A stretch of DNA of 64,000 bases from Patescibacteria group bacterium (GCA_038058635.1 JBBUAP010000002.1:20948-84947), one strand, 5' to 3'. Shown: positions 44,801-53,080, counted from the first letter of the stretch. Numbers and translations are program-made. The notes: generated by a model from the letters alone, not told the origin.

Positions 44801-47800
44801 AAACTCTGCCCGTTGGAGGTAATGGTTTTGCCAGTGGCGACAGCAGTCATATTAACCGTTGATGTTCCCGGATTGACATTGACGGTGCCTGTTCCATTTA
44901 AGAATTTAGTACTTCCATAAATATTGAAGGTAGAAGTCTGTAAGTTAAGCTGATTCGAAGTCCCACCGTTACTTACCACATAAAGTGAGTCACCAGTTGA
45001 GGTCAGGGTGACCGTGCTTGAACCAAAGTTGTGCGTAGTATCTCCTTTATAAGCCGTCGACGAGTTGATACCCATATAACTGGCATTGATGGCATAATTT
45101 TGAGTATTAAATATGTATCCGGTCAAACCGGTTGTAGCTCCGGTACGAACACCATTAGTTGTAGTTAAATCGCCACCTAGCTGAAGGACAGAATTGTTAC
45201 CACTCGATCGATTATTTAAATCGAGTAACCAGGAGCCGTAATTTCCTCCGGCGACTGTGTTAGTAATTGAGGCCGAGTTATTGATAAATGCCATATTGGT
45301 ACTGCCAGTAATTGTGGTGGCGCTGGCGAATACAACTGATGAACCGGTCGTCGTCCTGTATAAATCGATATAATTCTGTCCTGCACCGGCTACCGTACCG
45401 CCATTGAAGGTGAGCGTCCCATTGTTAAGTCTAAAATCCGCACCAGTTAATGTAGTAGTAAATCCTGTATAGCCAATAGACAAGTTATAGAAGTCGTAAC
45501 CCGATACCGTGGTAATGGTGCCAGTTCCATTAGCCGTAACTGTCGAAGTGCCATAAACAAATTTCTCGCCTGTATCCGTATAATGTCGGCTGACTGTAAT
45601 AGTCGAGCTCCCCGCCGTGTAGCTAACTCCCGCGGTATTGGCCAGCGTAAAGTCTCTCGTTACAGTTAGGGCTAAGTTGTTGGCTGTTACGGCGCCGTTG
45701 GTAACAGTGAAATCGTTGGTGGCGGCGACAGCATTGCTGTAAGTCCAACCACCAGCCACACCATCAAAGGTTAGGTTGTAGAACGAACTTGCACCGGTCA
45801 TTGTCCCAGCTAAGGTTTTGCCCGTAGCAGTGGAAGTGAAGGTAGTGGTGTTTGATGCCGAGGTAAAGGTGCCAGCATTGTTGTAAGAGCCGCCGATCGA
45901 AAGAGCATTACCACCCATACTAAGGGTGCCGACTATATGTAGGTCTCCGGCCAATCCAGTGGTGACGGTTCCACCCGGAGTGAAGGTCTTACCAGTTGTA
46001 ATGTGGAGCGCTTTACCGGCCGTCACACTTAAGTTTCCTGTCGTCACCGTAAAGAGCATATCGGTAGCGTTCTGATCGATGTCGTAAAGATCTAGTCCCG
46101 TATTTGTTTGCGGTCCAGCGTTGTCGTGTCTAACTGCAACTTGGTCGATGTAAATGTCGACGCCGGTTTCAGTAACGGCATTAGAAAGAGTAACGGCATT
46201 ACCCTTACTGGCGGAAGTTAAGTAGATCGTGACGGTCTGTCCGGCCGTTGGGGTTATTGCCAAGTAAACGGTGTAGGCGGCGGTGGAGGCAGAACAGGTA
46301 GCGGTGGCGGCCGATCCACCGTTGACCCTAGCGGTGATGATGGCGGTTGAGCCATCGCACGGCCCACCGTTACCAGAGGTGCCGATGGTCGATTCGTTCG
46401 TTAAGTAGACGATACCCTGGATACTAATACTGGAAGAGAAGTGTAAGAAGCCATAAGTATCTGCTCCGCCGTCACCGGTATCGGAATCAGAAGCTTCACA
46501 GTCCGTCCAGCCAGTACAGGTCGAGCCGAAGAACGACCAGTAGTTCCCAGCCGCTGGAGCGCCGGTGGCGGTTTGGGTGACGGTGTACTCTGGGACGTTG
46601 TCGGATGCTTCGAGGAAAATCATATTGTCCCAGGTCTTGGCTGGAGCGCCGGTCCCGATCAATGACCCATGAACCTTTATGTATGTATCTGTTGCGCCAA
46701 CATTCTGGAAGTTGTCGAACTGACCATCATCCAAATTAGTTAGCGTTGCCCCGCTTTGCAGATCCAAGCCATTTGCCCCACTGGTTCCACCAAGATTACT
46801 AAATTTGTAGTACTGGGCGTCAATGGTTCCAGCGACATCGAAATGGTAGCCGCCAGTGGCGCCACGAGTCACAGTTGTCAGGTTAGTGGCGGTCGTTTGG
46901 CCTTTCATCTCTAAAGTCTTTCCGGACCCAACCGTAAAGATGTCACCGTCAGTCATCATCGTCATGGGTTTGATGGTTGAAGTGGAGTTGTCGGCGTCGT
47001 AAGCAACAAAAGTGTAAGTAGCATTCAAGGCATACGGGGTGGCACCGCAGTCAACGGTGAATTTAGTGTTAACAGCCCCAGTCGAGTCGGTAAACAATGT
47101 CCCGGTGGTTAAGTCGCCAACATCAGTACCGTTACGGTAGACATCCATCACTGCTTGAGAAGTCACACAGCTGGCTCCGACACCAGCGGTCTTGGTAACA
47201 AGACGGTAGGCGTACGGGCCGGCCGACAAATCAGCCGGAGCCGACAAGTCGTAGCTCAAATTAGTATCTTCGGTGCCGGTGCCAGAATATCCGTGAGCGG
47301 TCATGGACTTCTCCCACAAATTGTTGGCGTAGTTGAATTTGTCAGTACTCTCCACTTGTGGCGTTTCGGCTGTATCGGCCGGAATGGCATACTCGCCCCA
47401 GAGCTTGGTTGCGCCAGCCGAGGTGTCGTGCTTGCGAGAAACAATATATGCCCCAGCAACAGTTACCCCAGTCACTTCAGTAGAAGAAGAGAGAGTGGTG
47501 TTGTAGAGAGAAAGGGTGTGAGCGTTAGTTCCGGCAAAAATAATGTCCGCCGTAGTATTGGCAGTTGCGCCATAGACATCATTAATGATGACATTGCCGG
47601 TTGAGGCAGTATTGTCGCTAACATATAAACCATACGACTGACCGCCGCTCTGATTTCCGATTAATGTGTTGTTGTTAGAGATACTAAGACGAAAGCCCCA
47701 GCTGCCGTTACCCGTGGAAGTATTGGAACTTAATATATTATTACTGGAGCTGACATTCAGGAGAAAACCAGATGAAATATTGCCGGTGGCAGAGTTGCTC

Positions 47801-50800
47801 ATTAGGATATTGTTGGTGGAAGTAGTGATAATAAACCCATATAGACTGTTGCCAATAGCGGTATTAGATGTCAGGGAGTTATTTGAGCTAGAGTCGATAA
47901 GGAAACCGTAGTTAACATTGCCGGTGGAGGTATTAGATGTCAGGGTGTTATTGTTGGCGCTGGAGTCGATACGGAAACCGTAGGAGGCGTTGCCAGTGGC
48001 GGAATTGGAAGTCAGGGTGTTATTGGCGCTGGCGTTGAGATAAAAGCCAGCAGTAGTATTACCTATAGCCGTATTGCTCGTCAGGGTATTGCTATTGGAG
48101 CTGACCTGAAGGTAGAAGCCGTAGCTGGTATTACCCGAAGCGATATTGTTAGACAAGGTATTGCTGTTGGCACTGCCGTTGAGATTAAATCCATAGAGAG
48201 TGTTACCAGCTGCCGAGCTGTTAGTGATACCCTTAGCGTTAGCGGTGTTGTTGTTGAGGGAGGCGGACAGTCGAGCGCCACGGTGGCCACTTCGTAAGCG
48301 CGATCGGTCAATGGTCACACCCTCGCTGGCGTTGGCGCCGTTGACAGAGTCGAATGTTACCCCAAATTTTAAGCTAGCATTGCGGCCTAGATCACAGACA
48401 TCGGCGTAATTCATAACTGTTTCCGAACCAGCGTTGGCATGAATATAACTTTCGCCAGCCTCATCATTCGTTGCGGTACAGGCAACGCCGTCTTCGGCGG
48501 TGACATTGGCGTAGTCATAAATTTCAAAATTATCTCCAGGTCTAACTCCGTCAGAGATATCTACCGTATCTCCGGAAGTGAAACCGGAGAATACATCGGG
48601 GGATTCGATGACTTTCAGGAGATCGTCGGTACCGGTACAGGAGGCAGAGTCGTTAGCGGAATCGGTGATCTGGAAGTAGCCCTTGGTGCTGGTAAAGTCA
48701 CGCATATACGAACCAATCTTTTGGTTATCTGCAGTAATGGAGTCAGGGATACAGACAGCCATAATGCCGTTATTGTTGGAGAGAGTTTTACTAGCGCTGA
48801 CAACGGAAGCGGTTGAGGTATCGGCTCTAGTAATGGAATCATAAGTAGCTGTATCACACTGAGCATCGTTGACGGTTGTGGCTGTGATGGCGTAGATCTG
48901 CCCGACAGCCAGACCACTTGTTGCTCGAACATGATTACCGTTGAACTGACTACTGGTGAAGGTGGAATTTGCGCAGAGCTTTGTTTCCCGGTTGTCGTAG
49001 TCGGTTATGGCGGTGGAGGTAGTTTCCGTAAGTGAAATTGCGCCGGTGACATTAAGTTTTCCGGTGGAAGCGACTTCCACACCGGTGTCAGATGCTGTCG
49101 CAGAGGATTTTGGAATGAGTTTGAGAATACCGTTTTCGTTGATGGTGAGAGTTCCTTGACCGCTACCGGAGCTTGCGCCGACATCAACTATACAGTTAGC
49201 GCATTGAGTGGCAGTATCTTTGTTGACTTGAACGGTGATGGTACTGCCTTCCGCCAGACCGTCTTTTGTTTGTAAAGTACCCGTTTCATTAGCGACGATA
49301 GCGATGTCAATACCGCCGTAAACAAGTAGGTTGTCGCCGTTACCATTACCAACCGTCACTGTACCGTTACTAACAACTAAGGTGTCAGCCGCTGGCGTAC
49401 CGGCTGAAGTGTCAACCAACATCGGGTCTTGAATGGTCCAAGCCCCAGCGACCCCGTTAAAGATAACTTTGAAGAAGGCCGAAGTACCGTTCAAAGTTCC
49501 GGAGATGGTATTACCGGCGTCAGTAGCGTTGAAGGTAATCGTACCGCTTCTGGCGGTGAAAGTGCCGGAGTTAGAGTAATTATTTCCTATTGTTAGAGCG
49601 TAGTTAGAAGCTGTCACATCCAAAATGGCGCTGGCATGGGTGATGGTTAAGTTGTTGGTAACGACGGTGTCGCCCTCCAGAACGAAAGTGTCGGCGGCGT
49701 TAAGTTCCAGATCGTAATACGAACTGGTCATAGATTGAATTGTGGTATTGCCTCCAGCATTGGCGCCGGTGTAGTAGAACTTGGAGGTGCCACCGACCAG
49801 AGCGCCGGCTGGGGAAGCGAGGAGTTGGAACGGATCGCCGCCGGTCCCGGAAAGAGTCCATGTGCGGTTACCGGCATTGAGGGTGGTTGTCGCTCCAGCG
49901 GCATCACCTGATTTACCAACCCTTAGAATATCCGAAACAGTAACACCTCCCGTCCCACCAGTTTGGGTGGTAACGGTAAACGGTGAAGAAGCATGGGAGT
50001 TAGAGAATGTTAAATCGTAGAAAGTCCAGGCAGTTGAACCAGAAGTAGTTCCGAAGTTCTTGGCCGCTCCAATTCGTTGTTCGAATGTCCCACCGGTCAA
50101 TGATATTATCCCGGCCGTCCCCGCCACCGCCCCATTAACAGTCACATTCTGCGTGCCATTCAGGGTTCCTGCGGTCATGGTCAGGTCGTTAGTAGCAATA
50201 AGAGCATCTTGGGGCGTCCAGCCACCACCCGAGCCGTCAAAGATGATGTCATAGAAAGACTGAGCGTTGGAAGTGATGGTTTTACCAGTGGCGACGGCGG
50301 CATAGGTAACGGTAGAAGTCCCTGGGGTTAAGGTTATTGTGCTACTGGAGTTGACGAATTTGGTGTTGCCGTAAACAGTAACGGAAGAGGTTTGGAGATT
50401 AAGGGCGTAGGCCGTGGTGCCAGTGGCGGTTGGTAGAAGCGAGTCGGTAGTGGAAGTCAGCGAAACGGTACTTGAACCAAAATTGGCCGTCATAGCGCCG
50501 ACACGAGAAGCGGTGTCACCCAGCTGAAAGTAACTGGCGGTCAGACTGAAGTTTCCAGTATTGAAGATACTACCGGTAACTGCGTTAGCCGCAACAGGAA
50601 TAAAATATCCAGTGGTGGTGACATTGCCAGAGAGCTGAGTCGTTGAGCCGTTACCCGAAGTGTGAAAAGCATATAAGTTCCAAGAACCGTAATTTCCAGC
50701 TGGAATACTGACGGTGATTGCAGCGGCGTTGGCGTAGCTAGCTAGCTGTCTCGTTCCTGTCAGCGTAGTGGCGGAAGCAAAAGCAATTGGGGTATTGCTG

Positions 50801-52818
50801 ACATTATTATAGATCTCGGTGTAGCTACTGGCGGAAGTGGCCGTACCGCCATTGAAGGTAAGAAGCGGAGTATTGCCGCTCGAACAGGCTAGGGTCTGGT
50901 AGCTGGAGAGCGTAGTGGTAAAGCCGGTGTAGGCAATGGAAAGTTTACAGAAGTATCCGTTAGTAATAGTGCCAGTGCCGTTCATTATCACCTGGTTTGC
51001 CCCCGAAGTATTGGCTTTTTGACCGACATCACTCCAGCTACCGCTAACGGTGATAGTGGAGCCACGGTACAAGAAACCAACGCCGGCGGTATTGGCGACG
51101 GTGACCGTGCCGGTGACGGTCAGGGCATAACTAGAAGTGCCGTTGGTATCGAATGAGCCGTTAGTAATGTCGAAATTATTGGCTGCTTCTAGAGCAGCGT
51201 TAAGGGTCCAGCCACCGGCGACGCCGTTAAAGACGATGTTGTAGAATTTTCCGGTAGCGCCGGTCATCGTGCCAGCTAATGTTTTGCCGGTAGCGGTGGA
51301 AGAAAATGTGACCGTACCGGTGGCGGCGGTGAAAGTGCCGGAGTTGGACCAGTTGCCGCTAACGGTGATGGCGTTAGTGGTGGAGACGGTAAGAGTTCCG
51401 CCAACATCAATCGTCACTCCTGCCACCGTGACCGAAGCGGTATCTTCAGTGATGTTGTGAGTATTTAATATCTGAACGGTATCTGCCGCTTGGGGAACCG
51501 TACCGCCACAGTTTTGCCATGATCCAGTCGCACTCCAGTTACCAGTGGCAAGTGACTGACAAGCGTTATCGGAAGCGATGAGCCAACTTCTGGGCTCCAC
51601 CCACTTCGTGGGATTGTTAGTTTCTAATACTTCTGAAGGACCTAACTCAAATAAATATGGTGATATATTAGGAGTTTTAAAGGTGTATGTCAGTGGGTAA
51701 GTTTGACCGGCCTTGGCATCGATATTCCAGCTCAACTTAGTTGGGCTATCCGCAGTCTTGGTTACTTCTGCTTTGGTATCTTTAATCTCAAAATTGCTGG
51801 GAACAAATTCATCCAAGCTGTAACTGCCGGCTTTCTTAGCTTCAAAATTCAAGGTGTAGTCGTAGTCGACTGGCGGGTAAGTTCTGGTGACGCCGACTCG
51901 TTGGAGGTAGAAATCTTGATTGGCTTTGACGCTGAACTGGTCGTGAAGGGTTCTGGTGCCTTCGCCGGCTTTGGCAATAATTTTGACCTCGTAGTCACCC
52001 TCAACCGATGGTTTGAAGTTGGCTTCGTAGTCGGGTCGATCAGTTTTACCGTAAACTTCACAGTCTTTGTTGACCCGAACGGTACCATCGGCAGTGTTGA
52101 GCGTTGTGGTTCTGCCGTTTGGATCGGTGACTTCAACAGTCATTGCGGCTGTACAGACCATTTTGCCACGATCATCGAGCACCGCCAGACTGAAGAAAGC
52201 ATCTTTGCCGACAGGGTAAACGGCGTAGTCGGGGTTGAAAGCTAACACTCCCCAAAGAACTTTTTGGTCGTTGAGGACAATGCCTGAATCTTTTTGGACT
52301 GTCTCGACTTTATAGGCGCCGGCTGTCAGCCCTTGATCTTTTGACTCGATAGTTAAGGCGTCTTCAGTTGTTGAAACAGAAATATCTTTGGTTCGGTCTT
52401 CAGCGCCGACTTCTTTGACAAGCTTAACTTCGGTCTGACTGATATTAGTGTCGGATTTCTCGAGCTTGATAGTATCTTCGGCTGGTACGACTTCGTAATT
52501 ACCCTCGAAATATTCGTTGGGCTGGCTGCTACGGGCGGTAACTTCGGCAACAGAGAGAAACTGTGAGTCGATATCGGTAGTTTCTACGATCTTGATTTGG
52601 CTCGTATTGTCAGGATTAACTGCCTTGTCGATTTGAGCTCGGATCGGACCAAAATAGGCCAGCACCCCAAGCCCAATAACTAGAGCAAAGAAGATTGAGA
52701 AAAATCTAACTGGATGATAGGCGTATTCAGACAACACCGTTGCCCGGGTCTGTCGGTAGATACCATCAAGACGAGTTTTGGCTTTTTCAACCCGCGCCGT
52801 CATCTGGCTTTCTCCCAT
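38875..52818 (-). CDS. giant (4,647 aa) membrane-anchored parallel beta-helix (PbH1/NosD-like) repeat surface protein with an internal 2,118-aa tandem duplication
   Basis: Uninterrupted 13.9-kb ORF. Probable start at Met6 (52803) after a GGGAGA SD. N-terminal TM (FFSIFFALVIGLGVLAYF). Two large repeat units, each containing T/S/G/N-rich beta-rich modules and 10 or more PbH1-type 22-23-aa repeats (NTLTSNTAIGN-x-YGFYL...). C-terminus ...EAFTITHKVSVSELQEANPYTTEVLYILTGTF. Confidence 0.8.
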   Translation of the reverse strand: MGESQMTARVEKAKTRLDGIYRQTRATVLSEYAYHPVRFFSIFFALVIGLGVLAYFGPIRAQIDKAVNPDNTSQIKIVETTDIDSQFLSVAEVTARSSQPNEYFEGNYEVVPAEDTIKLEKSDTNISQTEVKLVKEVGAEDRTKDISVSTTEDALTIESKDQGLTAGAYKVETVQKDSGIVLNDQKVLWGVLAFNPDYAVYPVGKDAFFSLAVLDDRGKMVCTAAMTVEVTDPNGRTTTLNTADGTVRVNKDCEVYGKTDRPDYEANFKPSVEGDYEVKIIAKAGEGTRTLHDQFSVKANQDFYLQRVGVTRTYPPVDYDYTLNFEAKKAGSYSLDEFVPSNFEIKDTKAEVTKTADSPTKLSWNIDAKAGQTYPLTYTFKTPNISPYLFELGPSEVLETNNPTKWVEPRSWLIASDNACQSLATGNWSATGSWQNCGGTVPQAADTVQILNTHNITEDTASVTVAGVTIDVGGTLTVSTTNAITVSGNWSNSGTFTAATGTVTFSSTATGKTLAGTMTGATGKFYNIVFNGVAGGWTLNAALEAANNFDITNGSFDTNGTSSYALTVTGTVTVANTAGVGFLYRGSTITVSGSWSDVGQKANTSGANQVIMNGTGTITNGYFCKLSIAYTGFTTTLSSYQTLACSSGNTPLLTFNGGTATSASSYTEIYNNVSNTPIAFASATTLTGTRQLASYANAAAITVSIPAGNYGSWNLYAFHTSGNGSTTQLSGNVTTTGYFIPVAANAVTGSIFNTGNFSLTASYFQLGDTASRVGAMTANFGSSTVSLTSTTDSLLPTATGTTAYALNLQTSSVTVYGNTKFVNSSSTITLTPGTSTVTYAAVATGKTITSNAQSFYDIIFDGSGGGWTPQDALIATNDLTMTAGTLNGTQNVTVNGAVAGTAGIISLTGGTFEQRIGAAKNFGTTSGSTAWTFYDLTFSNSHASSPFTVTTQTGGTGGVTVSDILRVGKSGDAAGATTTLNAGNRTWTLSGTGGDPFQLLASPAGALVGGTSKFYYTGANAGGNTTIQSMTSSYYDLELNAADTFVLEGDTVVTNNLTITHASAILDVTASNYALTIGNNYSNSGTFTARSGTITFNATDAGNTISGTLNGTSAFFKVIFNGVAGAWTIQDPMLVDTSAGTPAADTLVVSNGTVTVGNGNGDNLLVYGGIDIAIVANETGTLQTKDGLAEGSTITVQVNKDTATQCANCIVDVGASSGSGQGTLTINENGILKLIPKSSATASDTGVEVASTGKLNVTGAISLTETTSTAITDYDNRETKLCANSTFTSSQFNGNHVRATSGLAVGQIYAITATTVNDAQCDTATYDSITRADTSTASVVSASKTLSNNNGIMAVCIPDSITADNQKIGSYMRDFTSTKGYFQITDSANDSASCTGTDDLLKVIESPDVFSGFTSGDTVDISDGVRPGDNFEIYDYANVTAEDGVACTATNDEAGESYIHANAGSETVMNYADVCDLGRNASLKFGVTFDSVNGANASEGVTIDRSRLRSGHRGARLSASLNNNTANAKGITNSSAAGNTLYGFNLNGSANSNTLSNNIASGNTSYGFYLQVSSNSNTLTSNTAIGNTTAGFYLNASANNTLTSNSATGNASYGFRIDSSANNNTLTSNTSTGNVNYGFLIDSSSNNSLTSNTAIGNSLYGFIITTSTNNILMSNSATGNISSGFLLNVSSSNNILSSNTSTGNGSWGFRLSISNNNTLIGNQSGGQSYGLYVSDNTASTGNVIINDVYGATANTTADIIFAGTNAHTLSLYNTTLSSSTEVTGVTVAGAYIVSRKHDTSAGATKLWGEYAIPADTAETPQVESTDKFNYANNLWEKSMTAHGYSGTGTEDTNLSYDLSAPADLSAGPYAYRLVTKTAGVGASCVTSQAVMDVYRNGTDVGDLTTGTLFTDSTGAVNTKFTVDCGATPYALNATYTFVAYDADNSTSTIKPMTMMTDGDIFTVGSGKTLEMKGQTTATNLTTVTRGATGGYHFDVAGTIDAQYYKFSNLGGTSGANGLDLQSGATLTNLDDGQFDNFQNVGATDTYIKVHGSLIGTGAPAKTWDNMIFLEASDNVPEYTVTQTATGAPAAGNYWSFFGSTCTGWTDCEASDSDTGDGGADTYGFLHFSSSISIQGIVYLTNESTIGTSGNGGPCDGSTAIITARVNGGSAATATCSASTAAYTVYLAITPTAGQTVTIYLTSASKGNAVTLSNAVTETGVDIYIDQVAVRHDNAGPQTNTGLDLYDIDQNATDMLFTVTTGNLSVTAGKALHITTGKTFTPGGTVTTGLAGDLHIVGTLSMGGNALSIGGSYNNAGTFTSASNTTTFTSTATGKTLAGTMTGASSFYNLTFDGVAGGWTYSNAVAATNDFTVTNGAVTANNLALTVTRDFTLANTAGVSYTAGSSTITVSRHYTDTGEKFVYGTSTVTANGTGTITTVSGYDFYNLSIGYTGFTTTLTGADFRLNNGTLTFNGGTVAGAGQNYIDLYRTTTGSSVVFASATTITGSTNMAFINNSASITNTVAGGNYGSWLLDLNNRSSGNNSVLQLGGDLTTTNGVRTGATTGLTGYIFNTQNYAINASYMGINSSTAYKGDTTHNFGSSTVTLTSTGDSLYVVSNGGTSNQLNLQTSTFNIYGSTKFLNGTGTVNVNPGTSTVNMTAVATGKTITSNGQSFYNLVFNGVGGGWTLQDAMSVTNNFDITNGTFDTNTTFNYALTIGGNLTGNAGTWSLTERASTITVSGNWDTSAVATDSLSIVEGTSTVIMDGAGTKTITTGVTNTYEPRFYNLNVGQAGGKTTQMLQSFGIDNVLTLGAGTFDLNSKTFYLQSPPTNPLSLSGTWGTGNGQIYIFGGSANTNFPAYTYNSGFVNQLPSTYSIIFQGTTTFTGNMSLGGCCSLANITNLNGQTVTVNGNIDFTTTTAILTMGAANLTVKGNWTNSNAAVFNADTSTVDFAGTSGTQTVITGGTGSTKQFYNLTHSGASILSLSTTALQVANDLSNAGGTMSGGVDVTVNGSATGVGAITMSGSSLFTQRVGASKNFGTTSGSNAWTFVSLTFSNSHASSPFTVTTQTGGSGGITVSSILLVGASGDAAGATTTLNAGNRTWILSGTAGDPFQLLASPAAVLTPATSTFSFWGNNAGGNTTVQVATYYNLNTGCLNIFCIETYDLEGNTTVTNDLTIDVPATLDTVSGSNWGLTIGGNYSNIGTFTARSGTVTFNATDSGNTLSGTLNGTSAFFKVIFNGVAGAWTIQDPMLVDTSAGTPAADTLVVSNGTVTVGNGDADNLLVYGGIDIATTADQTAILQTMDALAEGSTITLQVNKDTSTQCANCIVDVGASSGSGQGTLTINENGILKLIPKSSATASDTGVEVASTGKLNVTGALSLAATSSTAITDYDNRETKICANADFSVGYTSKHVRTTSGLAIGQIYAITATTTDDAQCDTGTHDSITRADTSTASVVSASKTLSNNNGIMSVCIPDSITADNQKIGSYMRDFTGTKGYFQIVDSANDDASCTGTNDLLKVVESPDVFSGFTSGDTVDISDGVRPGDNFEIYDYANVTAEDGVACTATNDEAGESYIHANAGSETVMNYADVCDLGRNASLKFGVTFDSVNGANASEGVTIDRSRLRSGHRGARLSASLNNNTANAKGITNSSAAGNTLYGFNLNGSANSNTLSNNIASGNTSYGFYLQVSSNSNTLTSNTAIGNTTAGFYLNASANNTLTSNSATGNASYGFRIDSSANNNTLTSNTSTGNVNYGFLIDSSSNNSLTSNTAIGNSLYGFIITTSTNNILMSNSATGNISSGFLLNVSSSNNILSSNTSTGNGSWGFRLSISNNNTLIGNQSGGQSYGLYVSDNTASTGNVIINDVYGATANTTADIIFAGTNAHTLSLYNTTLSSSTEVTGVTVAGAYIVSRKHDTSAGATKLWGEYAIPADTAETPQVESTDKFNYANNLWEKSVTAHGYSGTGTEDTNLAYDLSAPADLSAGPYAYMLVTKTAGVGASCVTSQAVMDVYRNGTDVGDLTTGTLFTDSTGAVNTKFTVDCGATPYALNATYTFAAFDADNSTSTIKPMTMMQDGDIFTVGSGKTLELKGQTTSTNLSTVTRGASGGYHFDVAGTIDAQYYKFSYLGGTSGGNGLDLQSGATLTNLDDGEFDNFQNVGATDTYITVHGSLIGTGAPAKTWDNMTFLEASDNVPEYSVTQTATGAPAAGNYWALYPSTCTGWSDCEASDSDTGDGGSDSLGFLHWQVNTNPNDPSALAQKKTDDTVLAVGDWTNETSVKFTATASDTDNPDTLYLCVEKDLIADAFANTEDSCGSGVAYSGTPVTVVLTIAGITDANEYHWQARVKDTFGGYSGWISFGANPEANRDFGVDTTACTYGSSIYDGTVEDVDASYNDGSLTAVSANWDAFTCTVSGLNKYQYSIGTTSGGTDIKAWTDNSTTESVTSGSLILRTNQNYFFNVRAVDNATNTSGVTSSNGQSVLPTISLSLGAVTITFANLNNGNNRSDSKTLVLTSSTNAYGGYVIRQYASSLLTKGVKTIPMFEGGTYASPGAWPGGTCTPSTNCGYGYTSDDTTIQGVNKFSTGTLYAPLSLTAFGDIIADHTTAVDGTSGPVTNEAFTITHKVSVSELQEANPYTTEVLYILTGTF
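39400..51400. repeat. intragenic tandem duplication, period 6,354 bp (two copies), with a 1.28-kb block of apparent nucleotide identity
   Basis: Antisense ORF pairs are offset by exactly 6,354 nt (40801/47155, 41312/47666, 41727/48081, 41846/48200, 42085/48439) with identical translations over 40960..42238 vs 47314..48592. The flanks are diverged but homologous. Confidence 0.85.
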
Positions 52819-52825
52819 TCCGTGC

Positions 52826-52853
52826 TTGACATTTTGTGTCTATTTAGTATAAT
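52826..52853 (+). promoter_or_regulatory. consensus sigma70-type promoter TTGACA-N16-TATAAT on the plus strand, with no plus-strand ORF downstream
   Basis: cTTGACAttttgtgtctatttagTATAATtc. Followed at +13 and +25 by a C(UUCG)G hairpin (52866..52876) and a GAAA-loop hairpin gcctctac-gaaa-gtagaggc (52878..52897). Confidence 0.45.
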
Positions 52854-52936
52854 TCTCTTACAAAGGGCTTCGGCCTCGCCTCTACGAAAGTAGAGGCAAA
52901 CTCTCACTCTAGTTAGGGCTTTTTTACATCCTGATA

Positions 52937-52965
52937 TTGACATTTTTTGTGATAGGGGATATGAT
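52937..52965 (+). promoter_or_regulatory. second promoter-like element TTGACA-N17-TATGAT on the plus strand
   Basis: atTTGACAttttttgtgataggggaTATGATaa. It points into the 3' end of the minus-strand DUF3800 gene. Confidence 0.35.
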
Positions 52966-53080
52966 AACTGGGAAATAGCAACTGAATACTGCCCGTATCG
53001 GGTGGGTGGTCGTCGCAAGACAACATAGGTTGTTCCTCCCTCTGCCCTGGGCTGAAATGTCCGACGGTACGGAGGTTTTT

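Noticed and set aside
40801-52245. Many 60-180-aa ORFs on the plus strand inside the giant gene (e.g. 40801..41250, 47155..47604, 48439..48816, 51703..52245), several occurring in identical pairs
   Set aside because: They lie antisense to, and entirely within, a continuous 13.9-kb ORF with clear protein-family signal. Their pairing simply reflects the 6,354-bp internal duplication. Low-complexity translations.
38875-52818. Possible CRISPR array suggested by the highly periodic repeats
   Set aside because: The period is 66-69 nt (22-23-aa PbH1 beta-helix coils) within an open reading frame. Repeats are degenerate rather than exact with unique spacers. No cas genes or leader.
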